DNA of 64,000 nucleotides from a virus: the IMG/VR virus record IMGVR_UViG_3300025425_000002. The stretch is one strand, 5' to 3'. A program made the position numbers and the translations under genes. The notes under the pieces are model-generated. The model did not search any database and had not been told where the DNA came from. It was given only the letters and a program-made list of their open reading frames with translations. Every line of letters starts with the position of its first letter. Positions within the stretch are counted from its first letter, which is position 1. Positions 45,344 through 53,367 of the stretch are shown here, piece after piece.

Positions 45344-46279
45344 TTAGGATAGTTCCATTTCAGCACATCTTTTCATGTCTGCCAAAGCGGCCTCGTTGTT
45401 TTCAAAAAACCGTGTAGGACTGACCCGAATTTCAGATGACTTTTTATAGATCATCAGGGCAGCAAAAATAGTGGATGTTCTTTCTTCAAGTTCTTTGCCT
45501 TTTTTGCCTGCTAATTGAACTACCCACCCAGCCCTGCAATGCGTAGTATCGCAGGTGTGCCATTCTTCCATGTTTAAAGCATTCGGCGCAGATACGGCTT
45601 CTAATATTTTGTTGTGTATATTTGAAAGTTTAGGTATTGTAATCTTGCTTTTTTTTCCTTTTTCCTTTTTTTCACCTGTTAAACTGTGATATTTGAAACA
45701 GTCGGAACATCTGGAACAGTCGGAACATCTGGAACAGTAGGAACAGTCGGAACAGCTGGAACAGCCGGAACATTCGAAACAGTCGGAACAGCCGGAACAG
45801 TCGGAACAGTCGGAACAGTCGGAACAGCCGGAACAGTCGGAACATCTGGAACAGTAGGAACAGCCGGAACAGTCGGAACATCTGGAACAGTAGGAACAGC
45901 TGGAACAGTAGGAACAGTCGGAACAGCTGGAACAGCCGGAACATTCGAAACAGTCGGAACAGCCGGAACAGTCGGAACAGTCGGAACAGTCGGAACATCT
46001 GGGACAGTAGGAACAGTCGGAACAGTCGGAACAGTCGGAACATCTGGAACAGTCGGAACAGTCGAAACAGTCGGAACAGTCGGAACAGTCGGAACAGCCG
46101 GAACAGTCGGAACAGTCGGAACAGCTGGAACAGCCGGAACAGTTAAAACACACCATATTTGTCACATTCTGTTTTTCGTAATCTGGATTTTTGTCTGCAA
46201 AATCCTGATCTACGCCGTTACTTTCTTTGTCCTCTCTTTGAAGGAAGTCTGAATAGTTTTTAAAGATTTGTGTTTTCAT
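45344..46279 (-). CDS. cysteine-rich (Cys-Ser-X)n tripeptide-repeat protein with a globular C-terminal domain
   Basis: About 150 aa of CSDCSGCSDCSD... (about 50 C-x-x units), followed by ..EEWHTCDTTHCRAGWVVQLAG.. ATG start. Confidence 0.75.
   Translation of the reverse strand: MKTQIFKNYSDFLQREDKESNGVDQDFADKNPDYEKQNVTNMVCFNCSGCSSCSDCSDCSGCSDCSDCSDCFDCSDCSRCSDCSDCSDCSYCPRCSDCSDCSDCSGCSDCFECSGCSSCSDCSYCSSCSYCSRCSDCSGCSYCSRCSDCSGCSDCSDCSDCSGCSDCFECSGCSSCSDCSYCSRCSDCSRCSDCFKYHSLTGEKKEKGKKSKITIPKLSNIHNKILEAVSAPNALNMEEWHTCDTTHCRAGWVVQLAGKKGKELEERTSTIFAALMIYKKSSEIRVSPTRFFENNEAALADMKRCAEMELS
45695..46147. repeat. 9-bp tandem repeat array (GGAACAGTC family, about 50 units) with a higher-order duplication of about 171 bp
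   Basis: Read directly. A block of about 80 nt (gtcggaacagctggaacagccggaacattcgaaacagtcgg...) recurs at about 45745 and 45916. The array is open in several frames on both strands. Confidence 0.95.
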
Positions 46280-46418
46280 TTTTTTGTTTGGTTAAAGGGT
46301 TAATTACTGCAAAGCATATAAATAGCAGCCAATAAAAAGATTACCTATATCGCACGTAGCACGCTTAGCACCCTACCTTTAAGTGCGTGGTGGCAGTACT
46401 TGTAGTTACTCATTATTT

Positions 46419-46616
46419 CTAAGTTAAAATGTAATAAATACAAACCACTACCAACAGCCCGAGACCAAACATGCTGCGGTATAGCCACTTTGGATTAGGG
46501 TCTTGTAAGTGGTGCTCATGCGGCTCTTTAGGGTGTAGCGCTTCGTTGTTGAATAGGTACAGCGTGACCATTGCGGCGCACAGTAGTGCTAGAATTAGGA
46601 TGGGTAGGTAGCTCAT
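46419..46616 (-). CDS. small two-TM membrane protein (65 aa)
   Basis: MSYLPILILALLCAAMVTLYLF and GLGLLVVVCIYYIL hydrophobic helices. Confidence 0.55.
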   Translation of the reverse strand: MSYLPILILALLCAAMVTLYLFNNEALHPKEPHEHHLQDPNPKWLYRSMFGLGLLVVVCIYYILT

Positions 46617-46628
46617 TTCTGTTTGGTT

Positions 46629-47048
46629 TTAATCCATATTATCTAAATCGTCCTGAGTTATCTCAAGGCAGTCTATCTTATCTGCGCAGTTCTCCAGGAA
46701 AACGTGCAAGAAAGGTTCGTTAAGTCTAGGCATGATACCTCTTACGAAAGTATGCCCTTCCTTAGATACGAACTTCCACACAGGTACGTTGAACATATCG
46801 TGTCCCCAATCGCTACTTTCTAAAGTCTCATAGATAGTAGGTCTTAAATCAGGACTATCTCCTAAGCGGTTAAACCCTTTGGGCATCCCTAAAAATAGTT
46901 TCCCTACGTTTGACATTAGCGTTCCGGCATAATGCTTTCCGCACCCTACACCTCCTTGAGGATTTTCTAAGAAACAAGAGATACCCCTACCATTAACGCA
47001 CCCTGCGCATTGGTATTTTTCTACTGCTTTTTTTATTTCTGTTTTCAT
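46629..47048 (-). CDS. hypothetical Cys-containing protein (139 aa)
   Basis: ATG start. A CAGCVNG...C...GCGKH cluster near the N-terminus. Confidence 0.55.
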   Translation of the reverse strand: MKTEIKKAVEKYQCAGCVNGRGISCFLENPQGGVGCGKHYAGTLMSNVGKLFLGMPKGFNRLGDSPDLRPTIYETLESSDWGHDMFNVPVWKFVSKEGHTFVRGIMPRLNEPFLHVFLENCADKIDCLEITQDDLDNMD

Positions 47049-47293
47049 ACTATTCCACCGTTAAAATATCCAAGGTATAAGCCTTCAAAATCTTTGCCCT
47101 TTACAAACATCAGGTCATAGTATGAATTTCTATAATTTCTTGACAATAAAGTCAGCGAATCCCAAGTATTGCTAACTTTTTTATATACTGCGCTTACTAT
47201 TGTATGTTCGTCTTGAAGGAGATAGACCAACTCAATTTTATTTAACACACTTTTTTCTTTTGCCCCGGACGTGAGGTCTATTACTTTAGTCAT
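47045..47293 (-). CDS. hypothetical protein (82 aa)
   Basis: ATGA-coupled in the minus-strand array. Confidence 0.55.
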   Translation of the reverse strand: MTKVIDLTSGAKEKSVLNKIELVYLLQDEHTIVSAVYKKVSNTWDSLTLLSRNYRNSYYDLMFVKGKDFEGLYLGYFNGGIV

Positions 47294-47409
47294 CTTATCT
47301 GTATATAAAATTTAATAAATATCTCCACTAAAAAGAATATTAACAATATCGCACGAGCTGAGACAATTATCCAGAACGTGATCAGGTTCTCCGGGTCTTT
47401 GATTTTCAT
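47290..47409 (-). CDS. 39-aa single-TM peptide
   Basis: ATGA-coupled at both ends. MKIKDPENLITFWIIVSARAILLIFFLVEIFIKFYIQIR. Below the track cutoff. Confidence 0.45.
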   Translation of the reverse strand: MKIKDPENLITFWIIVSARAILLIFFLVEIFIKFYIQIR

Positions 47410-47633
47410 AAAGTCAAAATGTAAAAGAACACCCATCCGATAATTAAAATACCAATACACAAAGCAAGTGATTGAAAACCCTCTTTAGGATTAGATGACC
47501 GTTCTATTGAATGCATCCATATTGATTGGTTGCGCAAGGTCATTGTTGGTGGTTCTTCCTCTTTAATCTGATTAACGGTATGAACCTTTGAGATTGAACC
47601 ATCTCTATTTACTCGGTGTGCTATATTTCTCAT
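47406..47633 (-). CDS. small membrane protein (75 aa)
   Basis: ATG start, with a C-terminal TM helix LALCIGILIIGWVFFYIL. Confidence 0.55.
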   Translation of the reverse strand: MRNIAHRVNRDGSISKVHTVNQIKEEEPPTMTLRNQSIWMHSIERSSNPKEGFQSLALCIGILIIGWVFFYILTL

Positions 47634-47677
47634 GATATTTTACTCTAATAATTTTAATTAGTTTATAAATTGATCTG

Positions 47678-47809
47678 CTATTTGAACTGTATACAAAGCA
47701 ATTGATTCGCCTTGGTTAATCCGATATTTATAGCAGTTACACTACCGCCAAATTCATTTGCAGTATGATATTCAAAATACGATGTCGGTTCTGTTATAAT
47801 CGCTTTCAT
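47678..47809 (-). CDS. possible 43-aa protein
   Basis: MKAIITEPTSYFEYHTANEFGGSVTAINIGLTKANQLLCIQFK. Not anchored by coupling, so coordinates are approximate. Confidence 0.3.
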   Translation of the reverse strand: MKAIITEPTSYFEYHTANEFGGSVTAINIGLTKANQLLCIQFK

Positions 47810-47933
47810 ATTTTTAGTGTTAATTGTGAATGTTTAAGTAGGTAAGCCGGCAGCGCATCTTTATGTATGTACTTACCGCTTACCGTGTCTTGGTACCAAG
47901 TCTTGCTCTTTTTGATTATGTGGCGGGGTACTC

Positions 47934-48071
47934 TCACCTAGTCGCCTCTTTAAAATTCGCCTGATGCTCAACGCTCAGGCGTCTGTACTCTGGATGGCTA
48001 ATGGGCTCACCCCATAGATACCGCCTGTTAGCCGTTCTGAACGGCATGAGGCATTCATATATTTTGCTCAT
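47934..48071 (-). CDS. possible 45-aa basic protein
   Basis: MSKIYECLMPFRTANRRYLWGEPISHPEYRRLSVEHQANFKEATR. Coordinates are approximate. Confidence 0.3.
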   Translation of the reverse strand: MSKIYECLMPFRTANRRYLWGEPISHPEYRRLSVEHQANFKEATR

Positions 48072-48108
48072 AATCAAATGTAATTAATATATTTTATATT
48101 ATCTAATA

Positions 48109-48477
48109 TTATTTAAAGTTATTGTGTCTTCTTATATACAGTCTACGCCTAGCGCATCTGGTTAGCAGTTTGTAACGCTCCAATTCAGTCATACGAGGGC
48201 GGTTATGTAAGCTGAGGCTGAAAAACCACTCACGATCACTCACGTTCTGGCACGTGCCGTATCCCGCACGTATGAACAGCTCTACGTACAGGCCATAATA
48301 TACTTTGACTAGGGTTAGTGGTCTCTTACTACCCACGTGTAAGTTACAATCACCTGTGGCGCGGAACGCGTTGGTGCCGTGCGAAAAGGTGAATTTAGAT
48401 AGGTGCCGGATCTCTCTACACCTGCGGCACTTGCGCGTTGTTGCTATAGGGCTAAGGAACTCGTACTTGCTTCTCAT
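48109..48477 (-). CDS. hypothetical basic protein with a CRRC motif (122 aa)
   Basis: ATG start, Arg-rich. A 19-nt conserved AT-rich element overlaps its stop. Confidence 0.5.
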   Translation of the reverse strand: MRSKYEFLSPIATTRKCRRCREIRHLSKFTFSHGTNAFRATGDCNLHVGSKRPLTLVKVYYGLYVELFIRAGYGTCQNVSDREWFFSLSLHNRPRMTELERYKLLTRCARRRLYIRRHNNFK

Positions 48478-48884
48478 AGGTTACGGATCTGCATACTAAG
48501 TAACCCTTCGAGCACCCTACAAACGTCTGGAAAGTCGGCACCTATAGGTATAGTGAGGCGGGAGGTTAGGTCTACCCCTTTGACTATAATCACTATGTCG
48601 CACGTATCGACGTTTTTATCGAATTGCTCAGCCTTCCAGGCCAAGTCTTCCAAAGCATTTCTGAGCTTACTTCTTAGCTTATGTTTAGTGTCTTTAGGAC
48701 CTGCTGGTTTAGGGCCCTCCAGGCGGGTGAGTTGTACGCTGTCGCCTACTATTTTAGAGGCGTACAAACCAATACCCGCTCTTTTTAAACGGGTAGCGGT
48801 TGATAGGATACTGGTGTACTGTGTTAAGGTAAAGGTAGCGGTCTGTCCGAGGGCTAAACTTTTTAGAATGGGGGATATTCTCAT
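48474..48884 (-). CDS. hypothetical protein (136 aa)
   Basis: ATG start, ATGA-coupled to the downstream gene. Confidence 0.5.
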   Translation of the reverse strand: MRISPILKSLALGQTATFTLTQYTSILSTATRLKRAGIGLYASKIVGDSVQLTRLEGPKPAGPKDTKHKLRSKLRNALEDLAWKAEQFDKNVDTCDIVIIVKGVDLTSRLTIPIGADFPDVCRVLEGLLSMQIRNL

Positions 48885-49265
48885 AGGGTAAAAGTAGGGT
48901 TAATAATTAGCATTACAATACAAAAAAATAAAAAGTTGTATGTACATGAAAAAGCAGTAAAAAAATAAAATAAAAAATCCATTTTAAAAAGGGTGTTTTG
49001 CCTTTACTGAAATTTATTTTAGATTGTTGTAAAGGTAAAATGCTCCCTAGGATTGAGGTTATTATAAAGAGTATAAGTGTTAATAGTTAAGTATTGCCTT
49101 ATCAAGTAGTTAAGTATTAACCTATTGAAAAATGACATTTTAAAAAAAAGTGTTTAGTTTATAAAAAAGTAATGTTTAGTTTGTGTTTTGGGTGTAAACC
49201 TCGTGAAGAGGGGTTTACAAAATTAAATATTTCAAATTTGTTGTGTTTACAAATTACGGGTTCAA
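48885..49265. promoter_or_regulatory. 380-bp AT-rich non-coding region with short direct repeats and a hairpin (candidate origin or strong regulatory region)
   Basis: No ORF. GTTTAGTTT x3, AGTTAAGTATT x2, poly-A tracts, and the hairpin TGTAAACC..GGTTTACA at about 49192-49220. Confidence 0.4.
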
Positions 49266-49604
49266 TTATGTGTTTAGTTTTAGTGGTATTTCGATGAGGG
49301 AGTTTAGCTCTTTTATAGCTAGTGGGGTGAGGTAGGATAGCCTACCATTAAATTCTACAAGTCCTTTTTTAACTAGGAGGCTACGCCTGTCTTTTATGGT
49401 TTGTGCGCCACGTCTACCTCCGTATCTGAACATTCGCATTTGGAATGCCGTTACTCCGCATTGGGTCTTATTGAACATTATGTATATTGCGAATAGGTCC
49501 CATATTGCGGCGTCGCTGACCCTGTATTTGACTCTTAGGGCGTATAATGCTTGTAGTAGTAAAATTGACACGGAAGCTCCGTATAGGCGATTTATCTTGG
49601 TCAT
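49266..49604 (-). CDS. putative winged-helix DNA-binding protein (112 aa from the ATG)
   Basis: The track ORF starts at a TTG inside the terminator hairpin. The ATG at 49604 gives MTKINRLYGAS.... The call rests on RRSLLVKKGLVEFNG, which is wHTH-like; the evidence is weak. Confidence 0.45.
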   Translation of the reverse strand: MTKINRLYGASVSILLLQALYALRVKYRVSDAAIWDLFAIYIMFNKTQCGVTAFQMRMFRYGGRRGAQTIKDRRSLLVKKGLVEFNGRLSYLTPLAIKELNSLIEIPLKLNT

Positions 49605-49655
49605 AATGGCATAATTTAAGATATAAAAAGATAAAATTACAAAATTTTTTGCACT

Positions 49656-49692
49656 AAAAAACCCCCTTCGCAATACCGCAAAGGGGGTTTTT
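49656..49692 (-). terminator. strong rho-independent terminator (usable in both directions)
   Basis: AAAAACCCCCTT / AAGGGGGTTTTT 12-bp stem with a 12-nt loop, flanked by an A-run and a T-run. Directly after the 49704..49889 stop. Confidence 0.8.
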
Positions 49693-49703
49693 AAAAAACG
49701 GCC

Positions 49704-49889
49704 TTAAAATCCGTACTTTTTTAAGACCGGAAGCAGTTTTGTCATACTTTTTGCACCGGGCAGTTTTTTTTCCTTAATTCTCCTATAAAGTGGCGGCTCG
49801 GTGATCCCCGCTTCGGTACAAATTCCTTTGACATTTATTCCCGGCCGGTCAAGGAATTCTTTGAATTGTTTAAATGTTAAGTTTTCCAT
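49704..49889 (-). CDS. small HTH DNA-binding protein (61 aa)
   Basis: The GICTEAGITEPPLYRRIKEKKLP segment is helix-turn-helix-like. Followed by the terminator. Confidence 0.5.
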   Translation of the reverse strand: MENLTFKQFKEFLDRPGINVKGICTEAGITEPPLYRRIKEKKLPGAKSMTKLLPVLKKYGF

Positions 49890-49899
49890 GTTTAGCGTA

Positions 49900-50136
49900 T
49901 TATATAATTCTAAAATAACCGCAATCGTGCTGCGACATTACTTCCTGAATTGATTTTAAAGTTTCTATTGTGGCGGGATCTGAGATTAACTCAAGAATCG
50001 CATCGGGGGTGTATAAATGCTCCTTAATGACTAAATCTCTGTAATCCTCTGTGCCTTTTATTTGTTTGATAAATTCCGGCGTGAAGTAATCAGAATCTAA
50101 GTCTACTATTTTTACTATTCCTATTTCCATTTCCAT
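49900..50136 (-). CDS. hypothetical protein (78 aa)
   Basis: ATG start, tight minus-strand array. Confidence 0.5.
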   Translation of the reverse strand: MEMEIGIVKIVDLDSDYFTPEFIKQIKGTEDYRDLVIKEHLYTPDAILELISDPATIETLKSIQEVMSQHDCGYFRII

Positions 50137-50138
50137 AT

Positions 50139-50336
50139 TTATTTTAAGTTTTTTATAATTTGTTTAGCTCTACAGATTTTCAAGTTAAATTCAAGTGACC
50201 TGTAGAGCTGCATATAATCTATAGTTTCCAGGTCGTGCGCAATTTCGGCATCTAATTTCCAAAACTCCAAGAGCTGCGCGTGGCTACTTTGGACTGCTAA
50301 GTCCTTGGCACCAGCATAAACGAATAGCTTATTCAT
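50139..50336 (-). CDS. hypothetical protein (65 aa)
   Basis: ATG start, 2-nt spacer to the downstream gene. Confidence 0.5.
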   Translation of the reverse strand: MNKLFVYAGAKDLAVQSSHAQLLEFWKLDAEIAHDLETIDYMQLYRSLEFNLKICRAKQIIKNLK

Positions 50337-50604
50337 GGCTTATACGGACTAATATTACTGTTTTAGGAATATTCAGAAGCGCTTCGCCTTTAGGGTTAAA
50401 TTTCCTTTGCGTGGCGTAGTAAGGCTTAGTTATAGCTTTATCAGAAGTATATTTTTGCCCTGGTAAGCCAATGTCAAACAAACTTTGCATTTTTTGCCTG
50501 TGGATCTCTGTCAAGTAGTTTCCCGCTTCTTTATTTGTACCGACTTCCTTTACCTCAGTAGTGGAAACCCCCGCAGGGGTTGTCCGTGTTACTTCTATTT
50601 TCAT
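50329..50604 (-). CDS. hypothetical protein (91 aa)
   Basis: ATG start, 8-nt overlap with the downstream gene. Confidence 0.5.
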   Translation of the reverse strand: MKIEVTRTTPAGVSTTEVKEVGTNKEAGNYLTEIHRQKMQSLFDIGLPGQKYTSDKAITKPYYATQRKFNPKGEALLNIPKTVILVRISHE

Positions 50605-50628
50605 GTTATATAATATATAAGGAGTGAA

Positions 50629-50913
50629 TTAATAATCCGCCGGGTCAAGCGGCTTTGAATGGTCTATTTGCTTTTGCTTCACTAACGGACTGATCCAGCT
50701 CCGCCGCATCACTCGCTTATCGAACCAAACTTTTGCGGTCTGGTACGATTTGAATAACCTTTGATCTGCATCAGTCCATCCGCTGTACACGGCGAACGCG
50801 CTCCCGTCCGCGTAGGGTCTGCTAAGCTCTATCATATTAATAAAGCTCCCATCTTTAAAGTTCGCATACTCAATGAGCGGCGAATTAAATACTCTTTGTG
50901 GTAATTTTCTCAT
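50629..50913 (-). CDS. hypothetical protein (94 aa)
   Basis: ATG start, minus-strand array. Confidence 0.5.
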   Translation of the reverse strand: MRKLPQRVFNSPLIEYANFKDGSFINMIELSRPYADGSAFAVYSGWTDADQRLFKSYQTAKVWFDKRVMRRSWISPLVKQKQIDHSKPLDPADY

Positions 50914-50920
50914 AATTATT

Positions 50921-51199
50921 TTAAGTTAAATTTTTAAGTATTAAAGCCTTAGTTTCTATTGGCGACAGCCCCCGGAATGATATAGACTCACTTTCTAAAT
51001 TATTCCCTCCTATTCGGCGCCGAATGTCTATCCCTGTAACTCTCCCTGATTCAAAGGGTGTAATTTCGCTACCTATTATTTCCATTAGTTTACTTTTGCA
51101 CTCTTCAAGGGTGCATTTCCAAACAGTAACATCTGTAGTTTTGTCTCCTGCACGGCGTATAGATAGAGTATATACCTCATCGGGTATGTAAATGTTCAT
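50921..51199 (-). CDS. hypothetical protein (92 aa)
   Basis: ATG start, minus-strand array. Confidence 0.5.
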   Translation of the reverse strand: MNIYIPDEVYTLSIRRAGDKTTDVTVWKCTLEECKSKLMEIIGSEITPFESGRVTGIDIRRRIGGNNLESESISFRGLSPIETKALILKNLT

Positions 51200-51200
51200 T

Positions 51201-51389
51201 TTATTTTAAATTAATATTAAACCACCTATCATTTTTACCTTTGCGGCATATCTCCTGAGCTACATATCCGCAGTTATATCGAATTGTAACCGTGTCAAAT
51301 CCATTCCTTGTTGCGTAGCATTTTGCACCGCGTTCTGTTTTTGAGACGTCTATGTGCGCTCCGTCTTCTAATACTCCGTAAATGTTCAT
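51201..51389 (-). CDS. hypothetical protein (62 aa)
   Basis: ATG start, 1-nt spacer to the downstream gene. Confidence 0.5.
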   Translation of the reverse strand: MNIYGVLEDGAHIDVSKTERGAKCYATRNGFDTVTIRYNCGYVAQEICRKGKNDRWFNINLK

Positions 51390-51712
51390 ACGTTTAAAGC
51401 CCTCCGCATCTCATTTACAATGTGAATTTGATCGTGATGCACTTTTTCTTGGTAAGAGTATCCATATATAATCTCGTTACAAGCTTCACTCTGCTCCGGT
51501 GTTATACCGCCGTTCCGCATCGCAAAATCGTATTGCTCTCTGGTAGGGATATAACTCCCCCCGGCAGAATCATAATCGAATTTACTACCGGCACGGCGTT
51601 TTTCTGCCTTGTCAATTTTGCGCTGTGTGTACGCTTTTTCTTCTTGTGGATTTTTCATCCGTTCTGCGAACGCCTTGCGTTGACTTGCGTTTGGTTTCCA
51701 TTTGTAGGCCAT
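51386..51712 (-). CDS. hypothetical basic protein (108 aa)
   Basis: ATGA-coupled. Confidence 0.5.
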   Translation of the reverse strand: MAYKWKPNASQRKAFAERMKNPQEEKAYTQRKIDKAEKRRAGSKFDYDSAGGSYIPTREQYDFAMRNGGITPEQSEACNEIIYGYSYQEKVHHDQIHIVNEMRRALNV

Positions 51713-51742
51713 AATTTTAAGTTTTAAAAGGTTTATATTTGT

Positions 51743-52234
51743 TTAACTCAATTTACTAATTAGCATTTTTGCGCTCCGTTCTGTTTTATGCCTACTATAT
51801 AGCATACCATCTATATTTACATTGTGGGAATACCCAGGAAGATCGGAAGGCGTTAACTCAAAAACAGAGGCCTTAAATTTTGGATGCTGGTATTTTATGT
51901 AGCCGTCTATTTTTATCTTTACTATACAGTCAGACATTAAAGATCCTCCGCCCATACTCCGGGAATTATGAACCGATATTGGAAAACGCGCCTTATAACC
52001 CCGGCTTAAACCTACACGTCCGGTTGTGTCGTGTTCTTGGTGCCAACTTTTACCGGTTTTAACATCCCCAAAGTATATTTTAATCCGGTTTCTGTTTTTA
52101 CGTGCCCTTTCAAGTACGTTTATAACCTCTTGTTTTGTTTTAAAGTAATAGGCTATAGGCAGATCTTCGCCATCCGGTATTAACTGATATTTACATTTGT
52201 GCCCGTTCTTGAAGTTGATTGTTAATGTTTCCAT
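51743..52234 (-). CDS. hypothetical protein (163 aa)
   Basis: ATG start, minus-strand array. Confidence 0.55.
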   Translation of the reverse strand: METLTINFKNGHKCKYQLIPDGEDLPIAYYFKTKQEVINVLERARKNRNRIKIYFGDVKTGKSWHQEHDTTGRVGLSRGYKARFPISVHNSRSMGGGSLMSDCIVKIKIDGYIKYQHPKFKASVFELTPSDLPGYSHNVNIDGMLYSRHKTERSAKMLISKLS

Positions 52235-52310
52235 AATATTTATAGTTTGGTTTTTACCCCCTCAACCCCGCTTAACTGATTAAGCAGGGTTTTTAGTGGT
52301 TTTTAATTGG

Positions 52311-52658
52311 TTAGTCTTCCAGGTAGTGTATTAATTCTCCGGCCATATTCTCCCATGCAAACCAGGCAAGCCAATTGTAGTATTGTGTTGGGTCCTCTGT
52401 ACTGGGTTTATTGCCCAATTTACCGCACCCATTCTCAAAATCTTCAAGTGCCTGAAGTATCTCTAAATGATTGCGTTTGGCAAATTTAACCATACCCGTA
52501 TAATAGATCATACCTGACACGGATCCAGAGTTTGCAGCGTAATAGTCTGATGGCCTATCTTTAAAGTCTTTAAAGTCTACACCACCGGCGGAAAATGTTT
52601 TTTTGTGTAGCTCCGGATTAGAGCTATATTTCTGTAGAAAGTTTTTTAAGGTTTTCAT
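52311..52658 (-). CDS. hypothetical protein (115 aa)
   Basis: ATG start. Trp-rich C-terminus YYNWLAWFAWENMAGE. No family recognised. Confidence 0.55.
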   Translation of the reverse strand: MKTLKNFLQKYSSNPELHKKTFSAGGVDFKDFKDRPSDYYAANSGSVSGMIYYTGMVKFAKRNHLEILQALEDFENGCGKLGNKPSTEDPTQYYNWLAWFAWENMAGELIHYLED

Positions 52659-52703
52659 AATATTATTTATTTGGTTAAGACGCTTCGCAGCGTTTCGGCT
52701 ATT

Positions 52704-52958
52704 TTAAGCCTCTTCAGTTAACCTTATTAGTGCCTGGTATTTTTTAGGTATTTTATTATACATTGTAACTTTGTGACCGCTGCACCAAGCATTTATATAA
52801 TACTCTTTAATGATGACCGTTTTTGTCTTTGGGGCATCATGTAGGATTAAAAACCCTAAACCTAAGCATCCCTCCTCTATCTGGGTAAGTGTACCGTTGC
52901 GCTCATTAACGTAGCGGCTTATAAGGTCTTCACACTGTTTTAAACTGTAGTCTTTCAT
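52704..52958 (-). CDS. hypothetical protein (84 aa), first gene of the leftward early array
   Basis: ATG start, bordering the 400-bp divergent control region. Confidence 0.55.
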   Translation of the reverse strand: MKDYSLKQCEDLISRYVNERNGTLTQIEEGCLGLGFLILHDAPKTKTVIIKEYYINAWCSGHKVTMYNKIPKKYQALIRLTEEA

Positions 52959-53021
52959 AATATTTTTTATTTAGATAAGTTGGCTATAAGGTTTAAAAGC
53001 AAGCTCCGTGCTACGCTTATT

Positions 53022-53029
53022 CAAATATA
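53022..53029 (-). promoter_or_regulatory. candidate -7 box (TATATTTG) for the leftward early array
   Basis: Perfect TAnnTTTG on the minus strand, about 63 nt upstream of the ATG at 52958. Confidence 0.35.
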
Positions 53030-53246
53030 CATAGTTTATAATTACTAACCTAATTTATTTTACCTTTTATTATTGTTTGTTATTGCTTATAGGTCTATTC
53101 TAGTTACATAGGGCCTTATATCGCCGTTTATGTTGTCTTACTGGTAGATCATTTGAGTAATTTACCGGCCTTCGATCCGAGGGCACCCGGTCCGCCTGGT
53201 TTACGTTTCAAAACTGCGAAGCCCGGGGCTCTATGTGGGGGATAGT

Positions 53247-53367
53247 CCCCTATGCGCATTTCTACTTAAAAAATAAAACTGTCATACATTGTCATACAAA
53301 TAAGCTATCCCCCTATGCGCTTTTCCACTTTAAAAATATAATTTGCATTTGTCATACAATGTCATAC
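53247..53367 (+). promoter_or_regulatory. two ~60-bp direct repeats, each ending in a GTCATACAnTGTCATAC doublet (operator/promoter candidates)
   Basis: CCCCTATGCGC(A/T)TTTC(T/C)ACTT.AAAAAT....TGTCATACA(T/A)TGTCATAC appears twice. The second doublet contains the RHH gene ATG. Confidence 0.6.

Noticed and set aside
45695-46147. Possible CRISPR array
   Set aside because: The period is 9 bp with no unique spacers, and the array lies inside a continuous ORF. It is a coding tandem repeat, not a CRISPR array.
45672-46252. ORFs 45672..46043 (-, FRLFRL...) and 45686..46252 (+, GTVGTS...)
   Set aside because: These are other-frame and antisense readings of the 9-bp repeat array. The C-S-X frame is the only one with a proper ATG, unique flanking domains and coupling to its neighbours.
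48305-48891. Plus-strand ORFs 48305..48499 and 48403..48891
   Set aside because: They are antisense to two coupled minus-strand genes in an otherwise uniformly minus-strand block. No start context supports them.
49605-49673. Long form of ORF 49266..49673
   Set aside because: Its start is a TTG inside the terminator hairpin, and the added 23 residues are junk-like. The ATG at 49604 is preferred.
52266-52289. Hairpin CCCCGCTTAA/TTAAGCAGGG followed by TTTTT
   Set aside because: The T-run follows the hairpin only on the plus strand, while both flanking genes are on the minus strand. It is therefore not a convincing terminator for either gene. It may be an RNA structure, but the evidence is thin.
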